Source of the DNA: Mucisphaera calidilacus
GTDB lineage: Bacteria > Planctomycetota > Phycisphaerae > Phycisphaerales > Phycisphaeraceae
DNA length: 32,000 bases
NCBI RefSeq assembly: GCF_007748075.1
Contig: NZ_CP036280.1
Span: forward strand, 1,140,001-1,172,000
Direction: 5' to 3'
Position 1 is the stretch's first letter, and each line of letters starts with the position of its first letter. The notes under the pieces are model-generated. The model had not been told where the DNA came from. It did not search any database and worked only from the letters and a program-made list of their open reading frames with translations. Positions 1 to 8,216 of the stretch are shown piece after piece. The translations under genes and the position numbers were made by a program.

Positions 1-228
1 GCGGCGGCGCACCTGCTGAGCCTGGGCACCGGCGACGACCCGAGGGCGATGCGCTGCCAGGAGTTGGTCGACCTTGCCATCGAGAGCCGGCTCTGGTCGC
101 CCGGCAAAGGCAAGACGCCCGCGAACACGCTCTACGCCGCCATCTCGCGCGAGATCAAGGTCAAGGGCGACGCCAGCCGCTTCGTCAAGGCCGAACGCGG
201 CAAGTTCGCCCTGGCCAGCACTGCCTGA
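1..228 (+). CDS. HARE-HTH (winged-helix) domain protein, C-terminal fragment; the 5' end lies outside the window
   Basis: Frame 1 is open from the window edge to TGA 226-228. It is absent from the ORF track because there is no start codon in the window. The translation ...SPGKGKTPANTLYAAISREIKVKGDASRFVKAERGKFALAS fits the HARE-HTH consensus (GKTPxxTLxAxIxxxIKxxGxxSRFxxxxRGxFxL). Confidence 0.6.
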   Translation, partial: AAAHLLSLGTGDDPRAMRCQELVDLAIESRLWSPGKGKTPANTLYAAISREIKVKGDASRFVKAERGKFALASTA

Positions 229-317
229 ACGCCGCGTCATACCCCCACCTCCTCGACCCCGGGAGCAGCCTCGGCCTGCGTCGGGGTTGTTTGTCGTGGG
301 ACAACTCGAGACGTAAA

Positions 318-393
318 GAAACGATTGTTTCCTATGGAGGTTGACTGAGAAACGACCGATTCTTAGTATCGGGATCACGGAAAGGACCGTTTC
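318..393 (+). promoter_or_regulatory. fic upstream control region: sigma70-like promoter plus three phased 14-bp inverted-repeat sites
   Basis: Promoter: TTGACT (341-346), 17-nt spacer, TAGTAT (364-369). Sites: GAAACGATTGTTTC (318-331), GAAACGACCGATTC (349-362), GAAAGGACCGTTTC (380-393). Site starts are exactly 31 bp apart. Site 2 fills the promoter spacer and site 3 covers the leader just before ATG 400. Confidence 0.45.
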
Positions 394-399
394 ACAGCC

Positions 400-1551
400 A
401 TGACCCGCGAGACCGGCACATACCGAGCGAGCACCTACCACGACGAGACCGTCAAGGCGTTCGTGCCGCACCCGCTGCCCCCGGCGAACCCGCCCTTGAC
501 GGTCGAAGGCGACCTTGCCGAGCGCCACGCCGCGGCGGCGGAAGCCATCAGCCGGCTCCGTGTCGCCGGGGCGATGGTGCCTGACCCGGGCTGGTTCCTT
601 TACGGTTTTGTCCGCAAGGAGGCCGTGCTGTCGTCGCAGATCGAGGGCACCCAGGCGACGCTCCGCGATGTTGCCACGTTCGAGGCGACCAGCAGCACGG
701 ACCGACCCGACGACGTCGAGGAGGTCTGCAACTACGTCGATGGCCTTCGCCACGCCCGCTCTGCGATCATCGATCCCGCCGGCCTGCCACTGAGCACGCG
801 GCTGCTGTGTGACGTGCACCGCATCCTCATGCGTGGTGTTCGAGGCGCGGACAAACTCCCCGGCGAGATTCGACGCAGTCAGAACTGGATTGGTGGCTCG
901 CGCCCCGGCAACGCCCGCTTTGTCCCCCCGCCTCACGAAGAGGTTGCGCCGGCGCTCGCGGCCCTCGAGAAGTGGGTGCACTCCGACGACCCGCTGCCGC
1001 CGTTGGTGAAAGCCGGGCTGGCGCACGTGCAGTTCGAGACGATCCACCCGTTTCTCGACGGCAACGGCCGCATCGGTCGCATGCTCGTCACGCTGCTCGT
1101 TGAGCACTGGGGCCTGCTGGATCAGCCGCTGTTGTACCTGAGCGTCGCGTTTAAACGTCGCCAGCAGGCGTACTACACGCACCTCGCCGCCGTACGCACC
1201 GAGGGCGACTGGGAGGGATGGACCGCGTTCTTTCTTGACTGTGTTGCGGATGCCGCCAACGACGGCGTCCGCATCGCACAGGCGATTCACGAACTGACGC
1301 ATCGCGATCGTGAGCGTGTCGTGAGGCACGACCGAGCGACCATCGCGGCGGTGCAGCTTCTCGATCGCCTGCCATCGACCCCGGTCCTCACGGTCCCGAA
1401 GGCGCGTGAGCTGCTCGGCATCACCGCGCCGCCCGCACGCAAGGCCGTCGATCTGCTGGAGCAACTCGGCGTGCTCCGCGAGACCACCGGCAAGCAGCGT
1501 GATCGTGTCTACGCCTACCACGCCTACCTTGAACTGTTGACCGAGTCGTAG
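400..1551 (+). CDS. fic: Fic family protein (AMPylase type) with an N-terminal inhibitory motif and a C-terminal winged-helix region
   Basis: Canonical Fic motif HPFLDGNGRIGR (HxFx[DE]GNGRxxR). The upstream SSQIEG matches the [ST]xxxE[GN] inhibitory-helix motif. The C-terminal LLGITAPPARKAVDLLEQLGVLRE is wHTH-like. Confidence 0.9.
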   Translation: MTRETGTYRASTYHDETVKAFVPHPLPPANPPLTVEGDLAERHAAAAEAISRLRVAGAMVPDPGWFLYGFVRKEAVLSSQIEGTQATLRDVATFEATSSTDRPDDVEEVCNYVDGLRHARSAIIDPAGLPLSTRLLCDVHRILMRGVRGADKLPGEIRRSQNWIGGSRPGNARFVPPPHEEVAPALAALEKWVHSDDPLPPLVKAGLAHVQFETIHPFLDGNGRIGRMLVTLLVEHWGLLDQPLLYLSVAFKRRQQAYYTHLAAVRTEGDWEGWTAFFLDCVADAANDGVRIAQAIHELTHRDRERVVRHDRATIAAVQLLDRLPSTPVLTVPKARELLGITAPPARKAVDLLEQLGVLRETTGKQRDRVYAYHAYLELLTES

Positions 1552-1556
1552 CCTCA

Positions 1557-2969
1557 TCAGTCGGCGCTCTCGTCATCGGTCAGGGTTGTCTTAGTCCCGG
1601 CGATCCGCTTCGCCTTCCGCCCCGTGAACTTCTCCCAGCGCTCGACGATCACGTCGCAGTAGGCCGGGTCCAGTTCCATCAGGAAGGCCCGCCGCCCGGT
1701 CTGCTCGCAGCCGATGAGCGTTGAACCACTGCCGCCAAAGAGATCGAGTACGGTCTGGCCCGGCAACGACGAGTACTGGATCGAGCGGACCGCCAGCTCA
1801 ACCGGCTTCTCGGTCAGGTGGACCATGCTCTGCGGGTTGACCTTCTTGACGTGCCACAGGTCGGTGGCGTTGTTGGGGCCGTAGAACTCGTGCCCCGCGC
1901 CCTCGCGCCAGCCGTAGAAGCAGATCTCGAACGCGCCCATGAAGTCCTTACGGGTGAGCACCGGGTGCTGCTTGTCCCAGACAATGCCCTGGCTGAAGTA
2001 GAGCCCAGCGTCCTTGAGCGGACCGGGGTAGTTGCCCAGGTTGGCATACCCGCCCCAGATATAGAACGAGCCGCCCGGCTTGAGCACGCGCGAGGCGTTG
2101 CCGAACCAGTCGGCCAGCATCTGGTCGAACGCCTCGTCGGTCACGAAGTCGTTGGCCAGCGGCCGGTCCTTGGCTCGCATCTTCTTCTTTGCTCTCTTTG
2201 GGTCACTCACGCCGCGAGCCACGTCGAAGTTCTGGTGGTGCATTTTCTTCGACAGGTCGGGGTGAGAGCTGTTTCCCGCTGCGATCGCTGTGGCGCTGCG
2301 CGGCTCGACCTTCACGTTGTAAGGCGGGTCCATGTTGACCAGGTCAACCCCGGAAACATCGCCCGAAGCGAGCAGCCGGTCCAGGTCCTCCGGGGAGCCG
2401 CTGTCGCCGCACATCAGCCGGTGATCGCCAAGAATCCAGATGTCGCCTGGCTGTGTGATCGGCTCGTCCGGCGGCTCGGGGATCTCGTCAGGGTCGGTCA
2501 GCCCCTCGGTGACGTCGCCATCGAGCAGCGTCGCCAACTCGGTCGAGTCAAAGCCGAACGCCTCCATGTCGAAGCCTTCTTCACGCAGGTCTGCCAGCTC
2601 GATGGGCAGGATGTCCAGGTCCCACTCGGCCAGCTCACCGGTCTTGTTGTCAGCGATCCGATACGCCTTGACCTGCTGCTCGCTCAGGTCAGCGGCGACG
2701 TGGACCGGCACCTTGACCAGGCCCAGCTTCTGCGCCGCCTTGAAACGCGTGTGGCCGGCGATAATCACGCCCGCCTCGTCGACCACGATGGGCTGGCGGA
2801 AGCCGAACTGTCGCAGCGATTCGGCCACGGCGTCCACCGCACCGTCGTTGATGCGCGGGTTGGCCTCGTAGGGCGTGATGTCGTCGATCTTGCGGAGCTG
2901 GGTGGTGAACTTCGGGATTCCGGGGGTGCCGGGGGTGCTTGGGTTACCGGGGGTGCTGTTGGTGGTCAT
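1557..2969 (-). CDS. ParB-like N-terminal domain fused to a DNA methyltransferase (DPPY, N6-adenine/N4-cytosine class); phage-type orphan methylase
   Basis: The N-terminal part (PIVVDEAGVIIAGHTRFKAA) is ParB-nuclease-like. It also has the VNMDPPYN catalytic motif and the C-terminal LDLFGGSGST AdoMet motif. Start placed at ATG 2969 (MTTNST), preceded by AGGA; the track ORF extends to 3065. Confidence 0.85.
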   Translation of the reverse strand: MTTNSTPGNPSTPGTPGIPKFTTQLRKIDDITPYEANPRINDGAVDAVAESLRQFGFRQPIVVDEAGVIIAGHTRFKAAQKLGLVKVPVHVAADLSEQQVKAYRIADNKTGELAEWDLDILPIELADLREEGFDMEAFGFDSTELATLLDGDVTEGLTDPDEIPEPPDEPITQPGDIWILGDHRLMCGDSGSPEDLDRLLASGDVSGVDLVNMDPPYNVKVEPRSATAIAAGNSSHPDLSKKMHHQNFDVARGVSDPKRAKKKMRAKDRPLANDFVTDEAFDQMLADWFGNASRVLKPGGSFYIWGGYANLGNYPGPLKDAGLYFSQGIVWDKQHPVLTRKDFMGAFEICFYGWREGAGHEFYGPNNATDLWHVKKVNPQSMVHLTEKPVELAVRSIQYSSLPGQTVLDLFGGSGSTLIGCEQTGRRAFLMELDPAYCDVIVERWEKFTGRKAKRIAGTKTTLTDDESAD

Positions 2970-3096
2970 GGGTGAATCCTGGTGATGGGGGGTCTGAGAA
3001 AAAACGTCACGTAAAACAAACTCTGTCCATCCGCTCGACGCGTTCCCGTGCCATCGAGTGAACATCTTTCGCGGAAGTACCTAATCCACTTCTTTC

Positions 3097-3339
3097 TTCT
3101 TTCACCCCCCCTCGCGTACACACGCGCAAATACGCGTACGGGCGTCGCGCGAGGGGGTAGGGGTGAATGGGTGAAAGAAGAAGAGAGAGTTGTTGTTTTC
3201 CTTTATTTTTACGCTGTTTTCGTGATCAACTTCTTTCACCCTCAGGGGGTGAAACAAGGGTGAAGGAAGGTGAAACATGGACGGGTTTCGGCTCAACTTC
3301 TTTCACCCCCCGGTCTTGTTTCACAGGCTTCTTTCACCC
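3097..3339. repeat. Iteron array flanking an AT-rich tract: putative replication origin
   Basis: Perfect TTCTTTCACCC at 3097-3107, 3231-3241, 3298-3308 and 3329-3339. Perfect inverted copy GGGTGAAAGAA at 3169-3179. Variant inverted copies at 3160-3170, 3247-3257, 3258-3268 and 3268-3278. CAACTTCTTTCACCC occurs twice, 67 bp apart. T-rich tract at about 3188-3222. CTTCTTTCACCCCCCCTCGCG (3096-3116) and CGCGAGGGGG...GGGTGAAAGAAG (about 3147-3180) form a large imperfect inverted repeat. Confidence 0.55.
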
Positions 3340-5845
3340 CGCCCACGAGCCGGTATGCACGCATGCTCCGGCCATGTGTTGAGGCTGTGCTCACCTCGAT
3401 GTCGCCTTGCTGGACGAGCGTCTCGACGAGCGTGGCGAAGCTCTTAGCGTCCATCTTCATCCGCTTAAGCAGCACGCTGTGAGCCAGCTGGTTGCCCGGT
3501 GTGTTGCGCAGCTTCTCGACCGCCTTGAGGCACTCGGCGTGGAAGGGGTTATCCGACACGTGGCCCGCGGCCATAAACAGCATCCGACGGGTCTGGTGCA
3601 TGACGAACGCCGACGCCCACCGCACGGCGTCGGCCCCGATTCGCGGCGATTGGCGGTTCTCGCTGATCGCGTGCAGCAGCGCGAGCTTGCGCGTCTGCTC
3701 GCTGACGCGGCCCCACACCGTGGTGCCCACCGAGTCGCACTTCGCCTCCGCGTCGGCGTACTCGGCCTCGGCCTGTTCGCGGGTCTCGACCAGCAGTCGT
3801 TTGGCCTGGTCGCTGTACTCGACGACGGCCGGCACCGGGTGGACGTTGATCAGGTTGCCGCGGCGATCGCCTGGATGGAACTTGGACCACCAGTCCGCCG
3901 CCTCCACGACGCGCTCGGGCAGGTCGCGGATGGTGGGCTCCTGCCCCGAGCTTCGCGCCCCCGCCTCGAGGATGATCATGCGGGCGAAAAAGCCGTTGGT
4001 GAGCATCCGCTCGGACAGCGCCTCGTAGTAGTGATTCGGGATCGCGGTGCCAAAGATCACCAGGCACGGCTGGTCGATCACGCCCGGCGGTGACTTGCCG
4101 GGGGTGCCCGCTTTGCGCCGCATGGGGTACACGCTGTTGGACGACGAGTACATCGTCAGCAGCGTGCTCATGATCGCTTCGTGCCGGGCGTCCTTGGCCT
4201 TGTTGATCGACTGGAGCATGCCGTCGATCTCGTCGGTCTGGAAGAGCATCGTCGGCGTCTGGAACAGCGCGTCCTGGATGCCCTCGCCCGACGCGAAGCG
4301 CTCGCCCAGCGCGTCGGCCAGACCGACCTCGTGGAGGATCTTCGTGTTGACCTTGCGCGGCCAGTCCTTGCCCGACGCCGAGTGAGCCAGGCCCAGCAGG
4401 TACAGGTTCGTGCGGTTGTCGCCGGGGTCGCGCACCTTGCGCCCGGCCAGGAACGCCATCAGCGACAGGGCTCCGGCGAACGCCATGACCTGGTTGGGGT
4501 ACGGGGCTGTGGCCAGCGTGTGATCCATGACCTCGCTGACCAGGCCTGGCACGCGCAGCATCTCGTCGGGCAGCGGGCCGGGGTCGGCGATCTCCGGCAC
4601 GGGTTCGGCTTGTCCGTCGGACATCGCCAGTGTGTGGCCACTTCCGGGGGTGTCCGGCGGACACGCGCCGGGCGCGACGGACATTCGCTCGATGCCCGAC
4701 ATGTCCGGACCGTCGGCCCTACCGGCCAGAGAATTGCCGACCATGCCGCCATAGCCCTTCATCGCCAACGAACTGGCGGCTAGTTCGTAATCCCCGCCGT
4801 GGTTTAGCAGGGCGTAGACGGCGAACGGCGCGTAGCCGCGATCGGGCTCGAAGGGGGCGGCGTTCGACGAGAAGACGTAGAACACGCCGTCTTTGAGCGT
4901 TGCGGAGGTGCCCGCGTTCTTCCCCGGTCGCCGCCAGTATTCGTTTTCGCCGCCCTTGGTCCGCACCCATCCGTGCTCTGCGAGCACAGCCCGCACATCT
5001 CCGCGATGGTTAAAGTCATCGCCGGGGCGTGCGCCCATCTCTGGCAGAGAACCGCATGGTCTAACGGACATCGCCGCTCTCTGGCCGACCACGCCATTGT
5101 CCGACGGATATTCGCCGCTGTGCGGATTGTCGGCCGACAACTGGCCTTGTCCGACCGATGATCGGCCTCTCTGGCCGACATTGCCGCTCCCGGTAATGTG
5201 CGTCGAGTTCCGGGGGCCATCGACCACCGGCGGCAGATATTCGGTCAGGTCCCACGCTGCCTGGAGCAGCGTGTCGCGTTCGGCCATGGTCAGCACGGGC
5301 GGGCTGGCCAGGTCGCCCTGGATCAGCTTGTACCCGGGTGTCGGCGCGCAGAGGAACAGCCCGCCTTCGCCACGTGTCTCGATCAGCGTGACGATCTTGT
5401 CGCCCTCGCGGCGCTGGGCCAGCTTCATGTTGCCGCAGACCTCGCCCCCGTAGAGGTAATACACGTGCCGCCCGTCGTGCTGCGTGCTCTCGATGACCAG
5501 CTTGGCCAGCAGGTCGGGCGGGATGCGCTGCGTCCAGGCGTCGTACTTCTCGCCGCCCGCGTCGAAGTCGATCATCTCCCCGCCCCCGGAAGTAGCCCCA
5601 CCCCCGCCTCCGGAAGTAGCCCCACCCCCGCCTCCGGAGGCGTTGCCCGACACCTGGCCGCAGAGGATGCACAAAGCTTCGTGTGAATTGGCGAACCAGG
5701 CTGATACCTCGGCGTCGGTAGGCAGGCGCTTTTGGTACTGCTTCCACCTGCCGACGGCCGGTCGTTTCTCAGCCAGTTTTGCGGGCAGGACACGCAGGCC
5801 CGCTCGGTGGTAGCGCTTCGCGGCTTGTGCGAGGTTCACAGCCAT
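3293..5845 (-). CDS. Replication protein: bifunctional primase-polymerase (PrimPol) N-terminal domain, low-complexity linker, DUF3987-type helicase-like C-terminal domain
   Basis: 850 aa. The N-terminus RAGLRVLPAKLAEKRPAVGRWKQYQ...WF...IDFD resembles the bifunctional prim-pol domain. The middle WRRPGK..GTSATL...FYVFSSNAAPFE is a motif common in phage/plasmid primases. The C-terminal half resembles DUF3987. Assignment is from memory of family consensus, not from a search. Confidence 0.8.
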   Translation of the reverse strand: MAVNLAQAAKRYHRAGLRVLPAKLAEKRPAVGRWKQYQKRLPTDAEVSAWFANSHEALCILCGQVSGNASGGGGGATSGGGGGATSGGGEMIDFDAGGEKYDAWTQRIPPDLLAKLVIESTQHDGRHVYYLYGGEVCGNMKLAQRREGDKIVTLIETRGEGGLFLCAPTPGYKLIQGDLASPPVLTMAERDTLLQAAWDLTEYLPPVVDGPRNSTHITGSGNVGQRGRSSVGQGQLSADNPHSGEYPSDNGVVGQRAAMSVRPCGSLPEMGARPGDDFNHRGDVRAVLAEHGWVRTKGGENEYWRRPGKNAGTSATLKDGVFYVFSSNAAPFEPDRGYAPFAVYALLNHGGDYELAASSLAMKGYGGMVGNSLAGRADGPDMSGIERMSVAPGACPPDTPGSGHTLAMSDGQAEPVPEIADPGPLPDEMLRVPGLVSEVMDHTLATAPYPNQVMAFAGALSLMAFLAGRKVRDPGDNRTNLYLLGLAHSASGKDWPRKVNTKILHEVGLADALGERFASGEGIQDALFQTPTMLFQTDEIDGMLQSINKAKDARHEAIMSTLLTMYSSSNSVYPMRRKAGTPGKSPPGVIDQPCLVIFGTAIPNHYYEALSERMLTNGFFARMIILEAGARSSGQEPTIRDLPERVVEAADWWSKFHPGDRRGNLINVHPVPAVVEYSDQAKRLLVETREQAEAEYADAEAKCDSVGTTVWGRVSEQTRKLALLHAISENRQSPRIGADAVRWASAFVMHQTRRMLFMAAGHVSDNPFHAECLKAVEKLRNTPGNQLAHSVLLKRMKMDAKSFATLVETLVQQGDIEVSTASTHGRSMRAYRLVGGVKEACETRPGGERS
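5578..5638 (-). repeat. Perfect in-frame 24-nt tandem duplication inside the PrimPol domain (encodes GGGGGATS x2 plus a partial copy)
   Basis: Units CCGGAAGTAGCCCCACCCCCGCCT at 5586-5609 and 5610-5633 are identical, with partial copies on both sides. The protein reads NASGGGGGATSGGGGGATSGGGEMIDFD. Confidence 0.9.
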
Positions 5846-5866
5846 GCAAAATCCCCCGTTGCGCTC

Positions 5867-5914
5867 TTGACCCGGCCCTGGCGAGCCGATAATGTAATTA
5901 CGCGGTAATTACAT
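5867..5914 (+). promoter_or_regulatory. mazEF promoter with a palindromic operator
   Basis: TTGACC (5867-5872), 17-nt spacer, TAATGT (5890-5895). Perfect 10-bp inverted repeat ATGTAATTAC-GCG-GTAATTACAT (5892-5914) overlaps the -10 element and the likely transcription start, 28 nt before ATG 5942. Confidence 0.55.
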
Positions 5915-5941
5915 TCGGTCTTTGCGACCAAAGGGCCAACC

Positions 5942-6181
5942 ATGCAAGTCAGTCTGGTGAAAATCGGGAATTCTCGCGGCGTTCGCCTGCCCAAGCGGGT
6001 GATCGAGGCCGCCGGTCTCAAGGACGAACTGGACTTGGAGGTCCGCGACGGGGCGGTCATCGTGCGCAACGCCCAGGCCGCTCGCAGCGGGTGGGCCCAG
6101 GCGGCGGCGGCGTGCCACGCGGCCGGTGAAGATGACCTGCGCGACTGGGACGCGGCCGCCGATGACGGTGACTGGTCGTGA
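5942..6181 (+). CDS. mazE: AbrB/MazE/SpoVT-type antitoxin
   Basis: MQVSLVKIGNSRGVRLPKRVIEAAGL is a typical SpoVT/AbrB swapped-hairpin N-terminus. The tail is acidic. The stop codon overlaps the start of the toxin gene. Confidence 0.85.
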   Translation: MQVSLVKIGNSRGVRLPKRVIEAAGLKDELDLEVRDGAVIVRNAQAARSGWAQAAAACHAAGEDDLRDWDAAADDGDWS

Positions 6182-6498
6182 AGGCCGGCCAGGGGCAAGT
6201 GTGGCGGGTCAACCTCGACCCGACGATCGGCAGCGAGATCCGCAAGACTCGGCCGGCCGTGGTCGTATCGCCCGATGAACTCAATGCGCATCTGAACACC
6301 GTGGTCGTTGTACCCCTGACCAGCGGGCGGGCTTATCCGTTTCGCATCGCGACGAAGGTGCAGGGCAAGCCCGGTGTCGCGGCGGTCGATCAGGTGCGCA
6401 CCATCGACAAGCAGCGGCTGGTCAAGCGGATCAAGACGCTCAAGGCCGGCGAATTGAATCCCATTCTTGACGCTTTGGTCGAGATGTTTAGCCACTAA
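6178..6498 (+). CDS. mazF: MazF/PemK family endoribonuclease toxin
   Basis: GQVWRVNLDPTIGSEIRKTRPAVVVSPDELN...VVVVPLTS matches the PemK/MazF consensus. GTG start at 6178 overlaps the mazE TGA (GTGA). Confidence 0.85.
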   Translation: MKAGQGQVWRVNLDPTIGSEIRKTRPAVVVSPDELNAHLNTVVVVPLTSGRAYPFRIATKVQGKPGVAAVDQVRTIDKQRLVKRIKTLKAGELNPILDALVEMFSH

Positions 6499-6509
6499 AC
6501 CGCACGTCA

Positions 6510-8216
6510 TCAAAACGGCACCTCATCGTCGGCGTACGCATACGCCGGTTCGCATAGGCCCTCGTCGCGTTCGTCGCTGCCATCGAGTCGCGGCGGAATC
6601 GGCCCGAGTTGGTAATCCGTGATGCGGTCGAACCGCTCGCCAGCGACCGATCGCACCGTGATCGTCTTCGCCTCGGCGAGCGCGCCGCTGTCGGCCAGGT
6701 CCACGGCGTCCTGGGCGGTATCGGGGATCGGCTCGTTGGACCGCGCCCGCCACCACGCCTCGAACTTGCCTCTGGCGTAGCCGGTGTGTTCGGGGCAAAC
6801 CCACTCGCTGTGGTTGTCGCGAAGCCCGCAGCGGTACTCCACCCGCATCGTGCGCGGGTGGTCGTCGTCGGATCCGCGCTTGGTGTGGACGCTGTAGCTC
6901 ACGTCCTGCACCTGGTACTTGGTCTCGGTCACTTCGCCGGTTAGGACGCCCGCGGTTGTGGCTTGATGCTCGTGCTTGTCTTTCTGGGGCGGCGGGAACT
7001 CATAACCGCATTCCGGGCAGACGCCATACGCCGCGTGGATGACCGCCTGGCACTGCGGGCACTCCTTGGCCGGTGCTTCGCCACTACCGGGCGATCGATC
7101 CTGAATCTGCAAGGCATCGACGGGGCCGTGACGCAGGATGTTGCCGCCGAAGTCGAGGACCAGGCAGTCGGTTTTCGAAGGGTCCAGGCGAAAGCCCCTG
7201 CCCACCATCTGGTAGTAGAGGCCCGGCGAGTTGGTCGGCCGCAGCAGCGCTACGCAGTCGATGTTGGGGGCGTCGAAGCCCGTGGTCAGCACGTTGACGT
7301 TGACCAGGTACTTAAGATCGCCCTGCTTGAACCGTTTGAGGGTCTCGGTTCGCTCAAACGGCAGCGTCTCGCCGCAGACAAAGCCGCACTGGTGTCCTAA
7401 CTCGCCGAGCACGCGCTGCACGTGCAGGGCGTGTTGCACACCTGCTGCGAAGATCAGCACCGAGTTGCGATCTTCGGTCTGTTCGACGATCTCGCGGCAG
7501 GCGGACCGCACCAGCGAGTCGTCGTCCATGAGCGCCTCGACCTCGCCCGCGACGAACTCGCCGCCTCGGATGTGCAGCGCCGAGGTATCCACCTTGTGCC
7601 GACCGGCCTTGGTCTTCAGCGGGCACAGGTAGCCCTGCACGATCAGCTCACGGACGCCGACTTCGTAGCAGACGTGGTTGAGCAGGCCTTGCGGGGGCGA
7701 CGCGCAGATCATGCCGGTGCTCATCCGGTAGGGCGTCGCGGTCAGGCCGATCAGCCGGACGTTGGGGTTGACGATCTGAGCATCGGCCATGAACGTGCGG
7801 TACATGCCCTCGCCGCCCCCGGAATCGTCGAGCGGGATCATGTGCGCTTCGTCGATCAGGATCAGATCAAACCGGTCGAGTTCGGCCGCCCGGCGGTAGA
7901 CGCTCTGGATGCCCGCGACGATGATCGGATGCTCGGTGTCGCGGCTCTTTAGGCCTGCTGAGTAGACGCCGATCCGGTTCCACAGGTCCGGGGCCATCGC
8001 GTGCAGCTTGTCGACGGCCTGCTCGAGTAGCTCCTTGACGTGGGCGAGAATCAGCACGCGGCCGTCCCACTGGGTCACGGCGTCGCGGCAGATCGTCGCC
8101 ATCACCGGCGTCTTGCCGCCCGCCGTCGGGATCACCACACACGGGTTGTCGTCGCGCGTGCGCAGGTGCTCGTAGACGGCGGCGACGGCCTGGGACTGGT
8201 AGGGGCGCAGTTGCAT
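6510..8216 (-). CDS. SF2 DEAD/DEAH-box helicase (phage type) with a C-terminal zinc ribbon
   Basis: Walker A PTAGGKT, DEAH box LILIDEAHM, motif III GLTATP, motif VI QMVGRGFR. Zinc ribbon CPQCQAVIHAAYGVCPECG. ATGA overlap with the stop codon of the upstream rusA. Confidence 0.85.
   Translation of the reverse strand: MQLRPYQSQAVAAVYEHLRTRDDNPCVVIPTAGGKTPVMATICRDAVTQWDGRVLILAHVKELLEQAVDKLHAMAPDLWNRIGVYSAGLKSRDTEHPIIVAGIQSVYRRAAELDRFDLILIDEAHMIPLDDSGGGEGMYRTFMADAQIVNPNVRLIGLTATPYRMSTGMICASPPQGLLNHVCYEVGVRELIVQGYLCPLKTKAGRHKVDTSALHIRGGEFVAGEVEALMDDDSLVRSACREIVEQTEDRNSVLIFAAGVQHALHVQRVLGELGHQCGFVCGETLPFERTETLKRFKQGDLKYLVNVNVLTTGFDAPNIDCVALLRPTNSPGLYYQMVGRGFRLDPSKTDCLVLDFGGNILRHGPVDALQIQDRSPGSGEAPAKECPQCQAVIHAAYGVCPECGYEFPPPQKDKHEHQATTAGVLTGEVTETKYQVQDVSYSVHTKRGSDDDHPRTMRVEYRCGLRDNHSEWVCPEHTGYARGKFEAWWRARSNEPIPDTAQDAVDLADSGALAEAKTITVRSVAGERFDRITDYQLGPIPPRLDGSDERDEGLCEPAYAYADDEVPF

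Noticed and set aside
74-316. 80-aa plus-strand ORF at the left edge
   Set aside because: It is out of frame with, and overlaps, the clearly HARE-HTH-like frame-1 reading frame ending at 228. Its translation is Arg/Pro/Ser low complexity.
1818-2975. 385-aa plus-strand ORF antisense to the ParB-methylase gene. Similar long antisense ORFs: 3407-4093, 3549-4664, 16513-17619, 18543-19664, 22034-22948, 23033-24178, 23781-24665, 24666-26936.
   Set aside because: These are typical shadow ORFs of GC-rich DNA. Their translations are Arg/Ala/Gly/Pro-rich low-complexity sequence, and each fully overlaps a gene with clear family motifs on the other strand.
5836-6513. 225-aa minus-strand ORF spanning the mazEF cassette
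   Set aside because: It is antisense to two ORFs with strong MazE and MazF signatures and a matching promoter/operator. Its translation is low complexity.
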